A DNA stretch of 28,225 nucleotides from an uncultured bacterium (lineage in GTDB: Bacteria > Auribacterota > Erginobacteria > Erginobacterales > Erginobacteraceae): assembly GCA_963822585.1 (NCBI GenBank), contig CAWGIE010000041.1, positions 1 to 28,225 of the forward strand, written 5' to 3'. Position numbers and translations under genes: made by a program. Shown here piece after piece: positions 17,827 to 25,699 of the stretch (the stretch's first letter is position 1; every line of letters starts with the position of its first letter). A model generated the notes under the pieces. The model was not told where the DNA came from, did no database searches, and saw only the letters and a list, made by a program, of their open reading frames with translations.

Positions 17827-19151
17827 CACTGCTGTCCGGTTGTTGGAGCCATGATTTAACGTAACCACCTTAATATTCAAATGATTACATCAAAAAATAC
17901 TTTTTTCGATTTGAAATCGCTTTTAAACTTTGGGCCTCTCAAAATCTTTATTCTCAAAGGAGTGGCCCATGCACCAAGGACATTTGGTATTTTCCCAGGT
18001 TATGGATTTTGCACCCATCTACGAATTCCACAAATGCGTCGAGCGATATCACGGCAATTACAAGGTAAAAAGTTTCTCATGTACGGATCAATTTCTGTCA
18101 ATGGCTTTTGCTCAACTTTCCTATCGCGAAAGTCTACGCGATATCGAATCCTGTCTGCGAGCGATGCAGCCAAAACTTTATCACATGGGCATCAGAGGGA
18201 ATGTGTCCAGAAGCACCCTGGCCGATGCCAACGAAAATCGGGACTGGAGAATCTATGCCGACTTTGCTCAAGTGCTGATCAATATAGCTCGCAAACTTTA
18301 TCGAGACGAAGACTTTGGAGTCGAGTTGGAAGAAACGGTTTATGCACTCGATTCAACGACAATCGATTTATGTCTGTCTTTGTTCCCCTGGGCACGGTTC
18401 AGAAAATACAAAGGCGCCGTGAAGATGCACACATTATTAGATCTACGAGGGAATATTCCCTCTATGATCTGGATCACCGACGGCAAAGTTCACGATCTAA
18501 ACATTCTGGACGAATTGATTCCCGAACCGGGAGCGTACTATGTTATGGATCGCGCTTACATAGATTTCTTGCGGTTATACTCCCTCCACATGTTTTCGGC
18601 GTTTTTTGTAATCAGAGCGAAAAAGAATTTTCAATATCAACGAATCTATTCTCGCGAGGTAGATAAGTCTACCGGTTTGCGATGTGATCAGACCATTCGA
18701 TTAACAGGGCCCAGATCATCTGAATACTATCCGGAGAAACTTCGGCGTATCACTTTCTTTGATGAAAAGACTTCGATAAAATATGTTTTTCTAACCAATA
18801 ACTTTGTAGCCTCTGCTCTGACTATTACACTTCTATACAAAAGTCGCTGGAACGTAGAAACATTTTTCAAATGGATCAAACAACATCTGCGAATTAAAAA
18901 GTTTTATGGCAATTCTTCTAACGCCGTTAAAACCCAAATCTGGATCGCTATCTCTACGTATGTCTTGGTCGCCATCTTGAAGAAACAACTCAAATTAGAG
19001 GCCAGTCTCTACACAATTCTACAGATTTTAAGTGTTACCCTATTTCACAAAGAGCCTATATCGCAAGTACTTACGGAATCCAACTACATTCCTGAAGAGG
19101 GTGATTCCGCTAACCAGTTGATATTACAGTTCTTATAACCGGACAGTAGTG
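17827..19151 (+). mobile_element. IS4-family insertion sequence, copy 2 (1325 bp)
   Basis: IRs cactgctgtccggtt (17827) and aaccggacagtagtg (ends 19151). 9-bp target duplication agttcaaat at 17818-17826 and 19152-19160. Protein identical to copy 1. Confidence 0.95.
17969..19138 (+). CDS. IS4-family DDE transposase
   Basis: Same translation as 8671-9840; AGGAG precedes ATG 17969. Confidence 0.95.
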   Translation: MHQGHLVFSQVMDFAPIYEFHKCVERYHGNYKVKSFSCTDQFLSMAFAQLSYRESLRDIESCLRAMQPKLYHMGIRGNVSRSTLADANENRDWRIYADFAQVLINIARKLYRDEDFGVELEETVYALDSTTIDLCLSLFPWARFRKYKGAVKMHTLLDLRGNIPSMIWITDGKVHDLNILDELIPEPGAYYVMDRAYIDFLRLYSLHMFSAFFVIRAKKNFQYQRIYSREVDKSTGLRCDQTIRLTGPRSSEYYPEKLRRITFFDEKTSIKYVFLTNNFVASALTITLLYKSRWNVETFFKWIKQHLRIKKFYGNSSNAVKTQIWIAISTYVLVAILKKQLKLEASLYTILQILSVTLFHKEPISQVLTESNYIPEEGDSANQLILQFL

Positions 19152-19253
19152 AGTTCAAATAATTACTGTATAATCCAAAGAACAATAACGTGATTCAGGG
19201 GCATTAGCTTTCATGCATTCTCACTCATTTAGCGCCGGAGGCGCTCACTTATA

Positions 19254-19952
19254 ATGCAAGCGGTGATTGTTACCGGAGGGAGGGGAACCAGGCTGCGCCC
19301 GGCGACCGATCGCGTCCCCAAGGGCCTGATCGAGATCGGGGGACGGCCGTTTTTGGAACATCTGATCCTGTATCTGCGGGACCACGGTGTCGAGGAGGTG
19401 CTTCTCTGCACCGGATACCGGGGCCGGATGATCGAGGAGTATTTTAAAGAAGGAGATCGCCTGGGCCTGCAGATTGATTATTCGCGGGAAACGGATCCCC
19501 GGGGGACGGGCGGAGCCCTGAAACTGGCCCTCCCGAAACTAAGGGACGAATTTTTCCTCCTCAACGGCGACACCCTGCTTCCGGTCGATTACCGCCGGAT
19601 GCGGGAAGACTTCGAAAGCTTCCCGGGTCTGATGATGGTGAGCGTTTTCCCTGCGGAACCCCCCGATCTTCCTCCCAATCTCCGGGTGGAAGGGGGGAGA
19701 ATCACGGCTTGCGCGGAGGATAGCCCGGCGGCTTCACTGACGCACGCCGATGCCGGCGTCCGGATGGCGCGAAAAGCCATCGCGGATTATTTCCCGGCGG
19801 AGGACGTCTTCTCCCTGGAGCAGGACATCTATCCCCGGCTGATCGCGGAAGGGAAACTGGCCGCCTGGCCGGTCGATCGGAGGTTTTACGATATCGGAAC
19901 CCCGGAGAGGGTGGGGGCGTTTGAGTTGTATGTGAAGAAAGCGGGGTTGTGA
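19254..19952 (+). CDS. Sugar-1-phosphate nucleotidyltransferase (mannose/heptose-1-P guanylyltransferase-like)
   Basis: GGRGTRLRP.T..VPK, GTGGAL, LNGDT and FYDIGTPE; no C-terminal beta-helix. Confidence 0.88.
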   Translation: MQAVIVTGGRGTRLRPATDRVPKGLIEIGGRPFLEHLILYLRDHGVEEVLLCTGYRGRMIEEYFKEGDRLGLQIDYSRETDPRGTGGALKLALPKLRDEFFLLNGDTLLPVDYRRMREDFESFPGLMMVSVFPAEPPDLPPNLRVEGGRITACAEDSPAASLTHADAGVRMARKAIADYFPAEDVFSLEQDIYPRLIAEGKLAAWPVDRRFYDIGTPERVGAFELYVKKAGL

Positions 19953-19980
19953 TATGATGGTAGTCGCAACGATTGGTGAA

Positions 19981-20063
19981 GGCATGATGGAATGATGGTT
20001 GGCTGTCCGCAACCGGGGTGGCTCGGTTCCATTATTCCAACACTCCACCACTCCAGTACTCCA
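19981..20063. repeat. Bipartite inverted 8-mer array, same family as 64-145
   Basis: ggcatgatggaatgatgg at 19981-19998; ttcca-ttattcca-acactcca-ccactcca-gtactcca at 20027-20063. Confidence 0.85.
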
Positions 20064-20110
20064 TTTCGCCAACCTCGCTCATTACATTTATCAAAATTCC
20101 CGATTAATCC

Positions 20111-21688
20111 ATGAACGCTTCCAAACGAATAGCCCTGATCAGCGTCTCGGACAAGAGCGGCCTCGTCGAGTTAGGCGCCGCGTTGGTGGAACTTGGTTTC
20201 GAGATTATCTCCACCGGGGGCACCACCCGGGTCCTGGAAGAGGGGGGGATCACGGTTACCAGCCTGGCGGATCACACCGGCTTTCCCGAGATGCTGGATG
20301 GGCGGGTGAAGTCTCTCCATCCCAAAATCCACGGGGGACTTCTGGCGCGGCGGGACAATCCGGAAGATATGGCCGCGTTGGCCGCTTCCGGCATCGCGCC
20401 GATCGACTTTCTGGCGGTCAACCTGTATCCGTTCGGGGAGAAGCTGGCGGACGGAGGGCTGGACGACGAAGCGCTTGGTGAGTTTATCGATATCGGGGGC
20501 GTGGCTCTCCTGCGGGCGGGGGCCAAGAATTATCGGTCAGTAATAGTCCTCTCCGATCCGGCCGATTACCCGCCGGTTCTGGAAGAAATGCGGTTGGCCT
20601 CCGGAACACTTCCGGAAAAGACCCGGCGCCGGCTGGCGGCGAAAGCCTTTTCCGCCACGGCTCGGTATGACGCCGCGATCGACGGTTTTTTGGCCGGAAA
20701 GGGGACGGAGACATTTCCTCCCGTTCTTCATCTGGAGTATGAATTGAGACAGGCGTTGCGCTATGGCGAGAACCGTCACCAGCAGGCGGCGTTTTACGTC
20801 GAGGGTTCAGGGTTCAGGGTTCAGGGTACAGGCGGCGGCAATTCGCTCGGGGGCGCCCGGCAGCTCCAGGGGAAAGAACTCTCCTATAATAACATTCTCG
20901 ACCTGGAGAGCGCGCTTTCCCTTATCCTGGAACAGCCGGCACCCGCCGCCGTGATCATGAAACACAACAACCCCTGCGGCGCGGCCGCGGCCGGAACACT
21001 CTTGGAGAGCTATACCCGGGCCCGGGCCACCGATCCGCTCTCCGCGTTCGGGAGCATCGTCGCTTTCAATCGGGAGGTCGACGACGCGCTGGCCGCCGAG
21101 GTGACCGCGACCTTTGTCGAGGCGGTCATCGCCCCCGGTTTTACCCCGCGGGCCCGGGGGGTCTTCTCCCGGAAAAAAAATCTCCGTCTCCTGGAAACGG
21201 GGCCTTTTGCCCCCCGGCCGACCCATTATTCATACCGGTCCGTCTACGGCGGGATACTGGTCCAGGAAGCCGACCTGCTCCACTGGGACGCCGATTCCTT
21301 GAAAGTGGTCGCCGGGCCAACGCCGTCGCCCGCCGAATGGGACGCGCTTGCTTTTGCCTGGACGGTCTGTAAGCATACCCGGTCGAACGCGATCGTTCTC
21401 GGGAGCGGGACTGCCACCGTCGGGATCGGCGCCGGCCAGATGAGCCGGATCGACGCCGCCCGGCTGGCGATCGTCAAGGCCGGGCAGGCCGGCCTCAAGA
21501 CGGAGGGGACGGTCATGGCCTCGGACGCTTTCTTCCCTTTCCGGGACGTGGTTGACCTGGCGGCGGAGAACGGGATCCGGGCCATCGTCCAGCCGGGAGG
21601 ATCGATCCGGGACGAGGAATCAATCGCCGCGGCCCGAGAACACGGGATCACCATGGTCTTCACCGGCATCCGGCACTTCCGGCACTAG
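20111..21688 (+). CDS. purH: Bifunctional AICAR transformylase / IMP cyclohydrolase
   Basis: [95 protein letters not shown]. Confidence 0.98.
   Translation: MNASKRIALISVSDKSGLVELGAALVELGFEIISTGGTTRVLEEGGITVTSLADHTGFPEMLDGRVKSLHPKIHGGLLARRDNPEDMAALAASGIAPIDFLAVNLYPFGEKLADGGLDDEALGEFIDIGGVALLRAGAKNYRSVIVLSDPADYPPVLEEMRLASGTLPEKTRRRLAAKAFSATARYDAAIDGFLAGKGTETFPPVLHLEYELRQALRYGENRHQQAAFYVEGSGFRVQGTGGGNSLGGARQLQGKELSYNNILDLESALSLILEQPAPAAVIMKHNNPCGAAAAGTLLESYTRARATDPLSAFGSIVAFNREVDDALAAEVTATFVEAVIAPGFTPRARGVFSRKKNLRLLETGPFAPRPTHYSYRSVYGGILVQEADLLHWDADSLKVVAGPTPSPAEWDALAFAWTVCKHTRSNAIVLGSGTATVGIGAGQMSRIDAARLAIVKAGQAGLKTEGTVMASDAFFPFRDVVDLAAENGIRAIVQPGGSIRDEESIAAAREHGITMVFTGIRHFRH
20802..20829 (+). 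repeat. Intragenic heptamer tandem repeat (AGGGTTC)x3 + AGGGTAC in purH
   Basis: Read directly; encodes part of [10 protein letters not shown]. Confidence 0.9.
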
Positions 21689-21713
21689 AATTTTTCTTCG
21701 AAAAATTCTAGTG
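21683..21713. terminator. Perfect 14-bp AT-rich hairpin overlapping the purH stop
   Basis: cactagaatttttc-ttc-gaaaaattctagtg; terminator role uncertain. Confidence 0.5.
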
Positions 21714-21794
21714 AGTAATCAGTGATCGGTAATCGGTGATCAGTTCCCCCGGGTAGCCGCAAGACTGATTACTGATCACTGATTACCGATTACT
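21714..21794. repeat. Bipartite inverted 7-mer tandem array: (RGTRATC)x4 ... (GATYACY)x4
   Basis: agtaatc-agtgatc-ggtaatc-ggtgatc-agt, a 19-nt spacer, then act-gattact-gatcact-gattacc-gattact. Confidence 0.9.
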
Positions 21795-21829
21795 TGATTA
21801 TTAATAAACACTGGAGCATAGTGGTGGAT

Positions 21830-22540
21830 ATGGTGGACAAACATGATATAGACGATGCCCTGCGCCGGGTTGTTACCCGCATTATCCGCCGGGCGATCCG
21901 GCTGGGGCGCCGGAAAAATCGGGTGATCACCGTGGCCCGCTCCTCGGCGGCGGAACCGATCGATGTCCGGGAAGTTGACCCGGACACCCCGGAAGGCAGC
22001 GAACGTTTGCGGGTTCTGCTCCGGGGAAAGACGAATTATTATACCTTCGCCGGCCTGGGCAGGCTCTCCGAGCCGAACCGCATTCACTGGACGGCGCTGA
22101 ACCGGCCGTTCTGGAGACGGGTGCCGCTGAGCTGGCTGGTTCTCTTCACGATGTTTCTCCGGGGAGGGCGGCTGAAGAACCGCCTCTATCGTTGGGCCGG
22201 CGTCCGGATCGGGAAGGACACCGAGATCATGCAGGCTTGCTGGATCGATCACTTCTGCCCGGAACTGATCTCGATCGGCGACAATTCCCTGATCGGGGCC
22301 TTCTGCAAGATCTCGACCCATGCCTACGAGGGGGGCGGCAAGTTCCGGGTCGGTCTGACCCGGATCGGGGATGGCTGCGTCCTCGCCGCGGGAGTGTCTC
22401 TGGCCGCGATCCGGATCGGCGACGGCGTGCGGGTCCTGCCCAACACGACTCTCAGCCCCTACTTCGCGCGTCTGCATAAGAACAGCCTGGTGAGCAATCC
22501 GCCTCCTTCGGTGACCAGGGAGGAGAAGGGGGAAGGATAG
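21830..22540 (+). CDS. Hexapeptide-repeat acyltransferase (YvoF-like C-terminal domain) with N-terminal extension
   Basis: LKNRLYRWAGVRIGKD..D.F.PELISIGDNSLIG..THAY..RIGDGCVL; start uncertain (GTG 21821 or ATG 21830). Confidence 0.75.
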   Translation: MVDKHDIDDALRRVVTRIIRRAIRLGRRKNRVITVARSSAAEPIDVREVDPDTPEGSERLRVLLRGKTNYYTFAGLGRLSEPNRIHWTALNRPFWRRVPLSWLVLFTMFLRGGRLKNRLYRWAGVRIGKDTEIMQACWIDHFCPELISIGDNSLIGAFCKISTHAYEGGGKFRVGLTRIGDGCVLAAGVSLAAIRIGDGVRVLPNTTLSPYFARLHKNSLVSNPPPSVTREEKGEG

Positions 22541-22553
22541 AGAGGGATCAGGG

Positions 22554-22581
22554 CGGTAATCGGTAATCAGTGAGCGGTAAC
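22554..22581 (+). repeat. Solo 7-mer arm of the 21714 family
   Basis: cggtaat-cggtaat-cagtgag-cggtaac; no reverse-complement arm seen nearby. Confidence 0.75.
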
Positions 22582-22672
22582 CAGCAAAATCCATCGTAAT
22601 GATATCGGCGATTCTCATTACAGTGATGTTGTGATACTATTTCGCATTGCCCCAACCTGTAGGATCCCACAC

Positions 22673-22697
22673 TAAAATTTTCCGGAGGAAAATTTTA
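22673..22697. repeat. AT-rich hairpin related to 21683-21713
   Basis: taaaattttcc-gga-ggaaaatttta, immediately before ATG 22700. Confidence 0.65.
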
Positions 22698-22699
22698 AA

Positions 22700-23311
22700 A
22701 TGCATAAAATAGGAGTCATCGGGACGTTCGGGGTCGGCAAGACGACCTTCCTTCACCGGCTCTTCAGCGAACTCAAATACCGGGCATTTCAGGTGGAGAT
22801 GGTTCCGGAACTCTCCCGCCTCTGCCCCTATGACATCAACGAGAGCGGCCAGGTCACCCGGGGACAGTACTGGATATTCAAGGAGCAGATCCGTCTGGAA
22901 CTGGAAGGGGCGGAGCGGCTTCCGGATTTTCTTCTCTGCGACCGCTGTGTTTTCGACAATTCGATTTTTGCCTGGCGGGGAGCGAAGGAAGGATACGTGG
23001 ACCCGGCCGTTTACGAGTTGATCAGGGAGAGCGCCGAGCACTGGCAGAAGAGCTATTTTCTTCTCATCTACATCCAGCTCGAGGATCATCTCCGTCTCAG
23101 CTGCAACCGGGGGATGGAGGATGGTGTCCGCTCGACCAACGAGGAGTTTCAGCTGGCGATCGAGGAACTGATCCAACAGAAGTGGTCTTCCTTCCCCGGC
23201 GGCAAACTGGAGATCAAAGGGGACCTGGACGAGCGGATCGGGGCCACGATGGAATACCTTCGCCGGGAGATAGGGGACGCCCGTCTCTCGGAGCGCGTCC
23301 TCTCGCTTTAA
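22700..23311 (+). CDS. P-loop NTPase (AAA_28 / NadR-kinase-like)
   Basis: Walker A GTFGVGKTT, VPELSR, LLCDRCVFD, DGVRS. Confidence 0.8.
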   Translation: MHKIGVIGTFGVGKTTFLHRLFSELKYRAFQVEMVPELSRLCPYDINESGQVTRGQYWIFKEQIRLELEGAERLPDFLLCDRCVFDNSIFAWRGAKEGYVDPAVYELIRESAEHWQKSYFLLIYIQLEDHLRLSCNRGMEDGVRSTNEEFQLAIEELIQQKWSSFPGGKLEIKGDLDERIGATMEYLRREIGDARLSERVLSL

Positions 23312-23362
23312 TCTTATTTTTTCTATCCCATTAAAACCTCGGGCGCGGCGAAAAAATAAGAT
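23311..23362. repeat. ~50-bp dispersed element with terminal inverted repeats, copy 2
   Basis: atcttattttttc...gaaaaaataagat; fills the entire intergenic gap. Confidence 0.75.
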
Positions 23363-23867
23363 GAAGAAGGTACTGGATGTCCTGGTTTTTTCCGTCGCCG
23401 GTCTTCTGACAGCCGGTGTTATTTTAGTCCTGGTGTATCCCCGGGCGCACCCCTCCGGTGTGCCTCCCCGGACCTCGGCGCGTCTTCCGGAACCATTCTC
23501 TCCGGCGGAAGCGTCTCTTTTTCTGGGGACCTCGCCGAAAAAGAGCACCTCGGGAGAGAGCCGGATCACGTTCCGCTTTGGAGATAAGATTTACGCGACC
23601 GTGATGATTCCCCGGGTGAAACCGGGAGATCATACCCTTGTCTTCCGCTGGATTAATCCACTGGGGAACGCACAGGAAACGTTTCGAAAGGACTTCCGTT
23701 CACCCGGAGGACGCTACCGGTGCTGGTCCTGGCTGGTACTCCGGGGGGAAGAACTGTTCCCCGTCTCGATCGGGCCGTTCGGGATCGGCCGTTTTCTCGG
23801 GCGCTGGGGGATCCGGGTCTATCTGGATGATTTGTTTTTGACCGGGAGTGATTTCATGGTAGTATAA
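23361..23867 (+). CDS. Hypothetical N-terminally anchored exported protein (beta-rich)
   Basis: MKK plus a hydrophobic helix, a Pro-rich linker, then FRWINP.G..GRW.IRVYLD. Confidence 0.7.
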   Translation: MKKVLDVLVFSVAGLLTAGVILVLVYPRAHPSGVPPRTSARLPEPFSPAEASLFLGTSPKKSTSGESRITFRFGDKIYATVMIPRVKPGDHTLVFRWINPLGNAQETFRKDFRSPGGRYRCWSWLVLRGEELFPVSIGPFGIGRFLGRWGIRVYLDDLFLTGSDFMVV

Positions 23868-23921
23868 TTTAATTTTTATTTCGTAAAAGTTGTTTACTGC
23901 TACTAAAATGGACAACATCTG

Positions 23922-24335
23922 ATGATAAATAAGCATTTAATTTTACCGTTATTCTTTATGAGTCTTCTCCCTCTCTTGCTTCTTTCCTGCGGCGGAAGCG
24001 GTGGGGGGGCGGCTGATGACGAGGCCACCGTCCGCTACGAGCTTGAATTCGATAATGGGAGTGTGACCTGCCTCGTCCTCCTGCAGTGGCGGGACGATGA
24101 CGGAGCTCTCTATTCCTACTTTGATATAGACGAATCTCCCTGGTCCCGGACTATCTATCCCAAGGACGGGGCCAATCTCTATCTCTATGCCCAGATCGAG
24201 TGCGGGGAGATAACCGCCAGGCTCTATATCAACGGGGAATTGGTTGAATGGCAAACCCGGGACGTCCAGGCGGAGATCGACGGGTACCTCCGGATCGACG
24301 AGGACGGCAACGCCACCTTCGAGGACGCCTCGTAA
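23922..24335 (+). CDS. Acidic lipoprotein, possibly MmpS-like beta-sandwich
   Basis: Signal peptide ending LLLSC-GG; PWSRT..LYAQ..ITARLYING pattern. Confidence 0.7.
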   Translation: MINKHLILPLFFMSLLPLLLLSCGGSGGGAADDEATVRYELEFDNGSVTCLVLLQWRDDDGALYSYFDIDESPWSRTIYPKDGANLYLYAQIECGEITARLYINGELVEWQTRDVQAEIDGYLRIDEDGNATFEDAS

Positions 24336-24385
24336 GCAGCGAGGGTATCTCAACCGCAGCCGGGGGAGTCCTATCAGGGCAGCCG

Positions 24386-25246
24386 TCAGGCACCGCGATT
24401 CGATCCCGTAGGTGATGACCGGTCGCCGCCGGCTTGCGGTTTTCGCAGAAGAAAGATGTCCTGATGAGGGTTCCCTTTCGCTCCTTCCGAGATGAAATCC
24501 ACGCACTCCAGTTCCCCGGCCAGTTTTTCTCTCACGTAGGCCGGGGGATGATATACGGAGCAGAGGTTTGTTCCGGCCGCTTCCGTGTAGCGCACCACCA
24601 GCCGCCCGGCCGCGAATTCTTCCCGTTCGCGGGGGGAGAGCGCGTTGCGGTAAGATTCACCGTGGGTAGTCAGCAGGAGCACTCCCCCGGGCCTGAGCAC
24701 CCGGGAGAGCTCGTTCATCCAGGCCGCCTGCCGCTCTTCGGGCAGGTGGGTGAAAACCGAGAGCGCGTAGATGAAATCGAATTCTTCGCCGGGGAACGCC
24801 AGGGGAGGGATGGGCGTGTTGACCGTGAACCGGGCGAAAGGGAGATGCCTCCGGCACCATCCGATCAGGGCGGGATTGAAATCCGTCCCGGAGACACGGG
24901 TGTTCCGGTGGGAATGCCAGTAACGGGTGACGCGGCCGCATCCGCAGCCGAAGTCGAGGACGGAGCGGAGGCTCTCGATCCGTACTCCCTGCCCGGCCAG
25001 GGCGTCCGCCATGCTCCGGTAGGCCAGCCGGCCCCCTTCCAGAAACCAGGAGATATCGGGACTCCCGGCGACAAGATAGATCAGGCCGGCCGGAGGGATG
25101 GGGAGACCGTCGGGGGTCGCGCGCCCGCGGTATCGGGCATTGCCGCGCCGGATCCGAGGGTTTCGGGTTTTGAGGAAGGAATACACCCGGAAAGCCGGCT
25201 GCAGAAGCCCGGTCCTTCTCAGGATAGCTGCCAGGGTTTTCTTCAG
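24386..25246 (-). CDS. Class I SAM-dependent methyltransferase
   Basis: VLDFGCGCGR, FDFIYALSVFTHL, RVLRPGG. The ORF track start is GTG 25186; the frame is open to a CTG at 25246 with GGAG upstream. Confidence 0.88.
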   Translation of the reverse strand: MKKTLAAILRRTGLLQPAFRVYSFLKTRNPRIRRGNARYRGRATPDGLPIPPAGLIYLVAGSPDISWFLEGGRLAYRSMADALAGQGVRIESLRSVLDFGCGCGRVTRYWHSHRNTRVSGTDFNPALIGWCRRHLPFARFTVNTPIPPLAFPGEEFDFIYALSVFTHLPEERQAAWMNELSRVLRPGGVLLLTTHGESYRNALSPREREEFAAGRLVVRYTEAAGTNLCSVYHPPAYVREKLAGELECVDFISEGAKGNPHQDIFLLRKPQAGGDRSSPTGSNRGA

Positions 25247-25273
25247 TTTTTCTTTCTCCGTATCCGACCGCTA

Positions 25274-25308
25274 TCCCGAAGGGACATAACATCATAGCCC
25301 GGGGGTTT
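25274..25308. repeat. Solo terminal fragment of the REP-like element at 26038-26264
   Basis: tcccgaagggacataacatcatagcccgggggttt versus ccctgaaagggtataacatgtcagcccggggtttt. Confidence 0.7.
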
Positions 25309-25327
25309 ATATGGATTAGACGTGTAG

Positions 25328-25699
25328 TTAATCATTCATATATCTCAAACGCTCTTCCTTGACTTTGAGCACCTTGCTCAGCCGCTTGGCCATGGCGGGG
25401 GAATAAGCGCGCCGCCCCCGCTCGTAATCACTGACCATGTTCTGACGGATCCCCAACTTTGTCGCGAGCTCATCCTGCGTTAATCCGGCCTTCAGCCGGG
25501 CGCCGGCCAGGAGGTTGCCGATACGATTCTTTTCCATTTCCTTCCAGAACTCGGTGCTCTCGATAGAAATGAACTCATCGCCTGCTTCTTCCGCGAGGAT
25601 CGAAACGTCGTACTTCTTTCTAATCCAGGCGAGCAGCTCATCAACATGATCGCCGTGAATCGAAAGCTCAATATGGGGCTTTTTCACGAGAGCCAACAT
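25328..25699 (-). CDS. XRE-family HTH protein, probable HigA-like antitoxin
   Basis: LAGARLKAGLTQDELATKLGIRQNMVSDYERGRR; overlaps the upstream toxin gene. Confidence 0.85.
   Translation of the reverse strand: MLALVKKPHIELSIHGDHVDELLAWIRKKYDVSILAEEAGDEFISIESTEFWKEMEKNRIGNLLAGARLKAGLTQDELATKLGIRQNMVSDYERGRRAYSPAMAKRLSKVLKVKEERLRYMND

Noticed and set aside
8658..19151. Composite transposon that delivered the two GT-C genes and the SGNH gene
   Set aside because: Each IS has its own target duplication, the outer flanks do not match, and a paralog lies outside the interval.
19961..20024. ZMP/ZTP (pfl) riboswitch upstream of purH
   Set aside because: There is a loose resemblance (GATTGGTG; GGTTG..CAACC-GGGG), but the conserved GACUGGCG is altered, the 3' CGCCUGGGC hairpin is absent, and the segment overlaps the 8-mer repeat element. 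A covariance-model search would settle it.
25284..25322. attC after the HTH antitoxin (GTCTAAT ... GTTATGT)
   Set aside because: The R'' box lacks AAC, there are no L boxes, it is too short, and the REP fragment explains it better.
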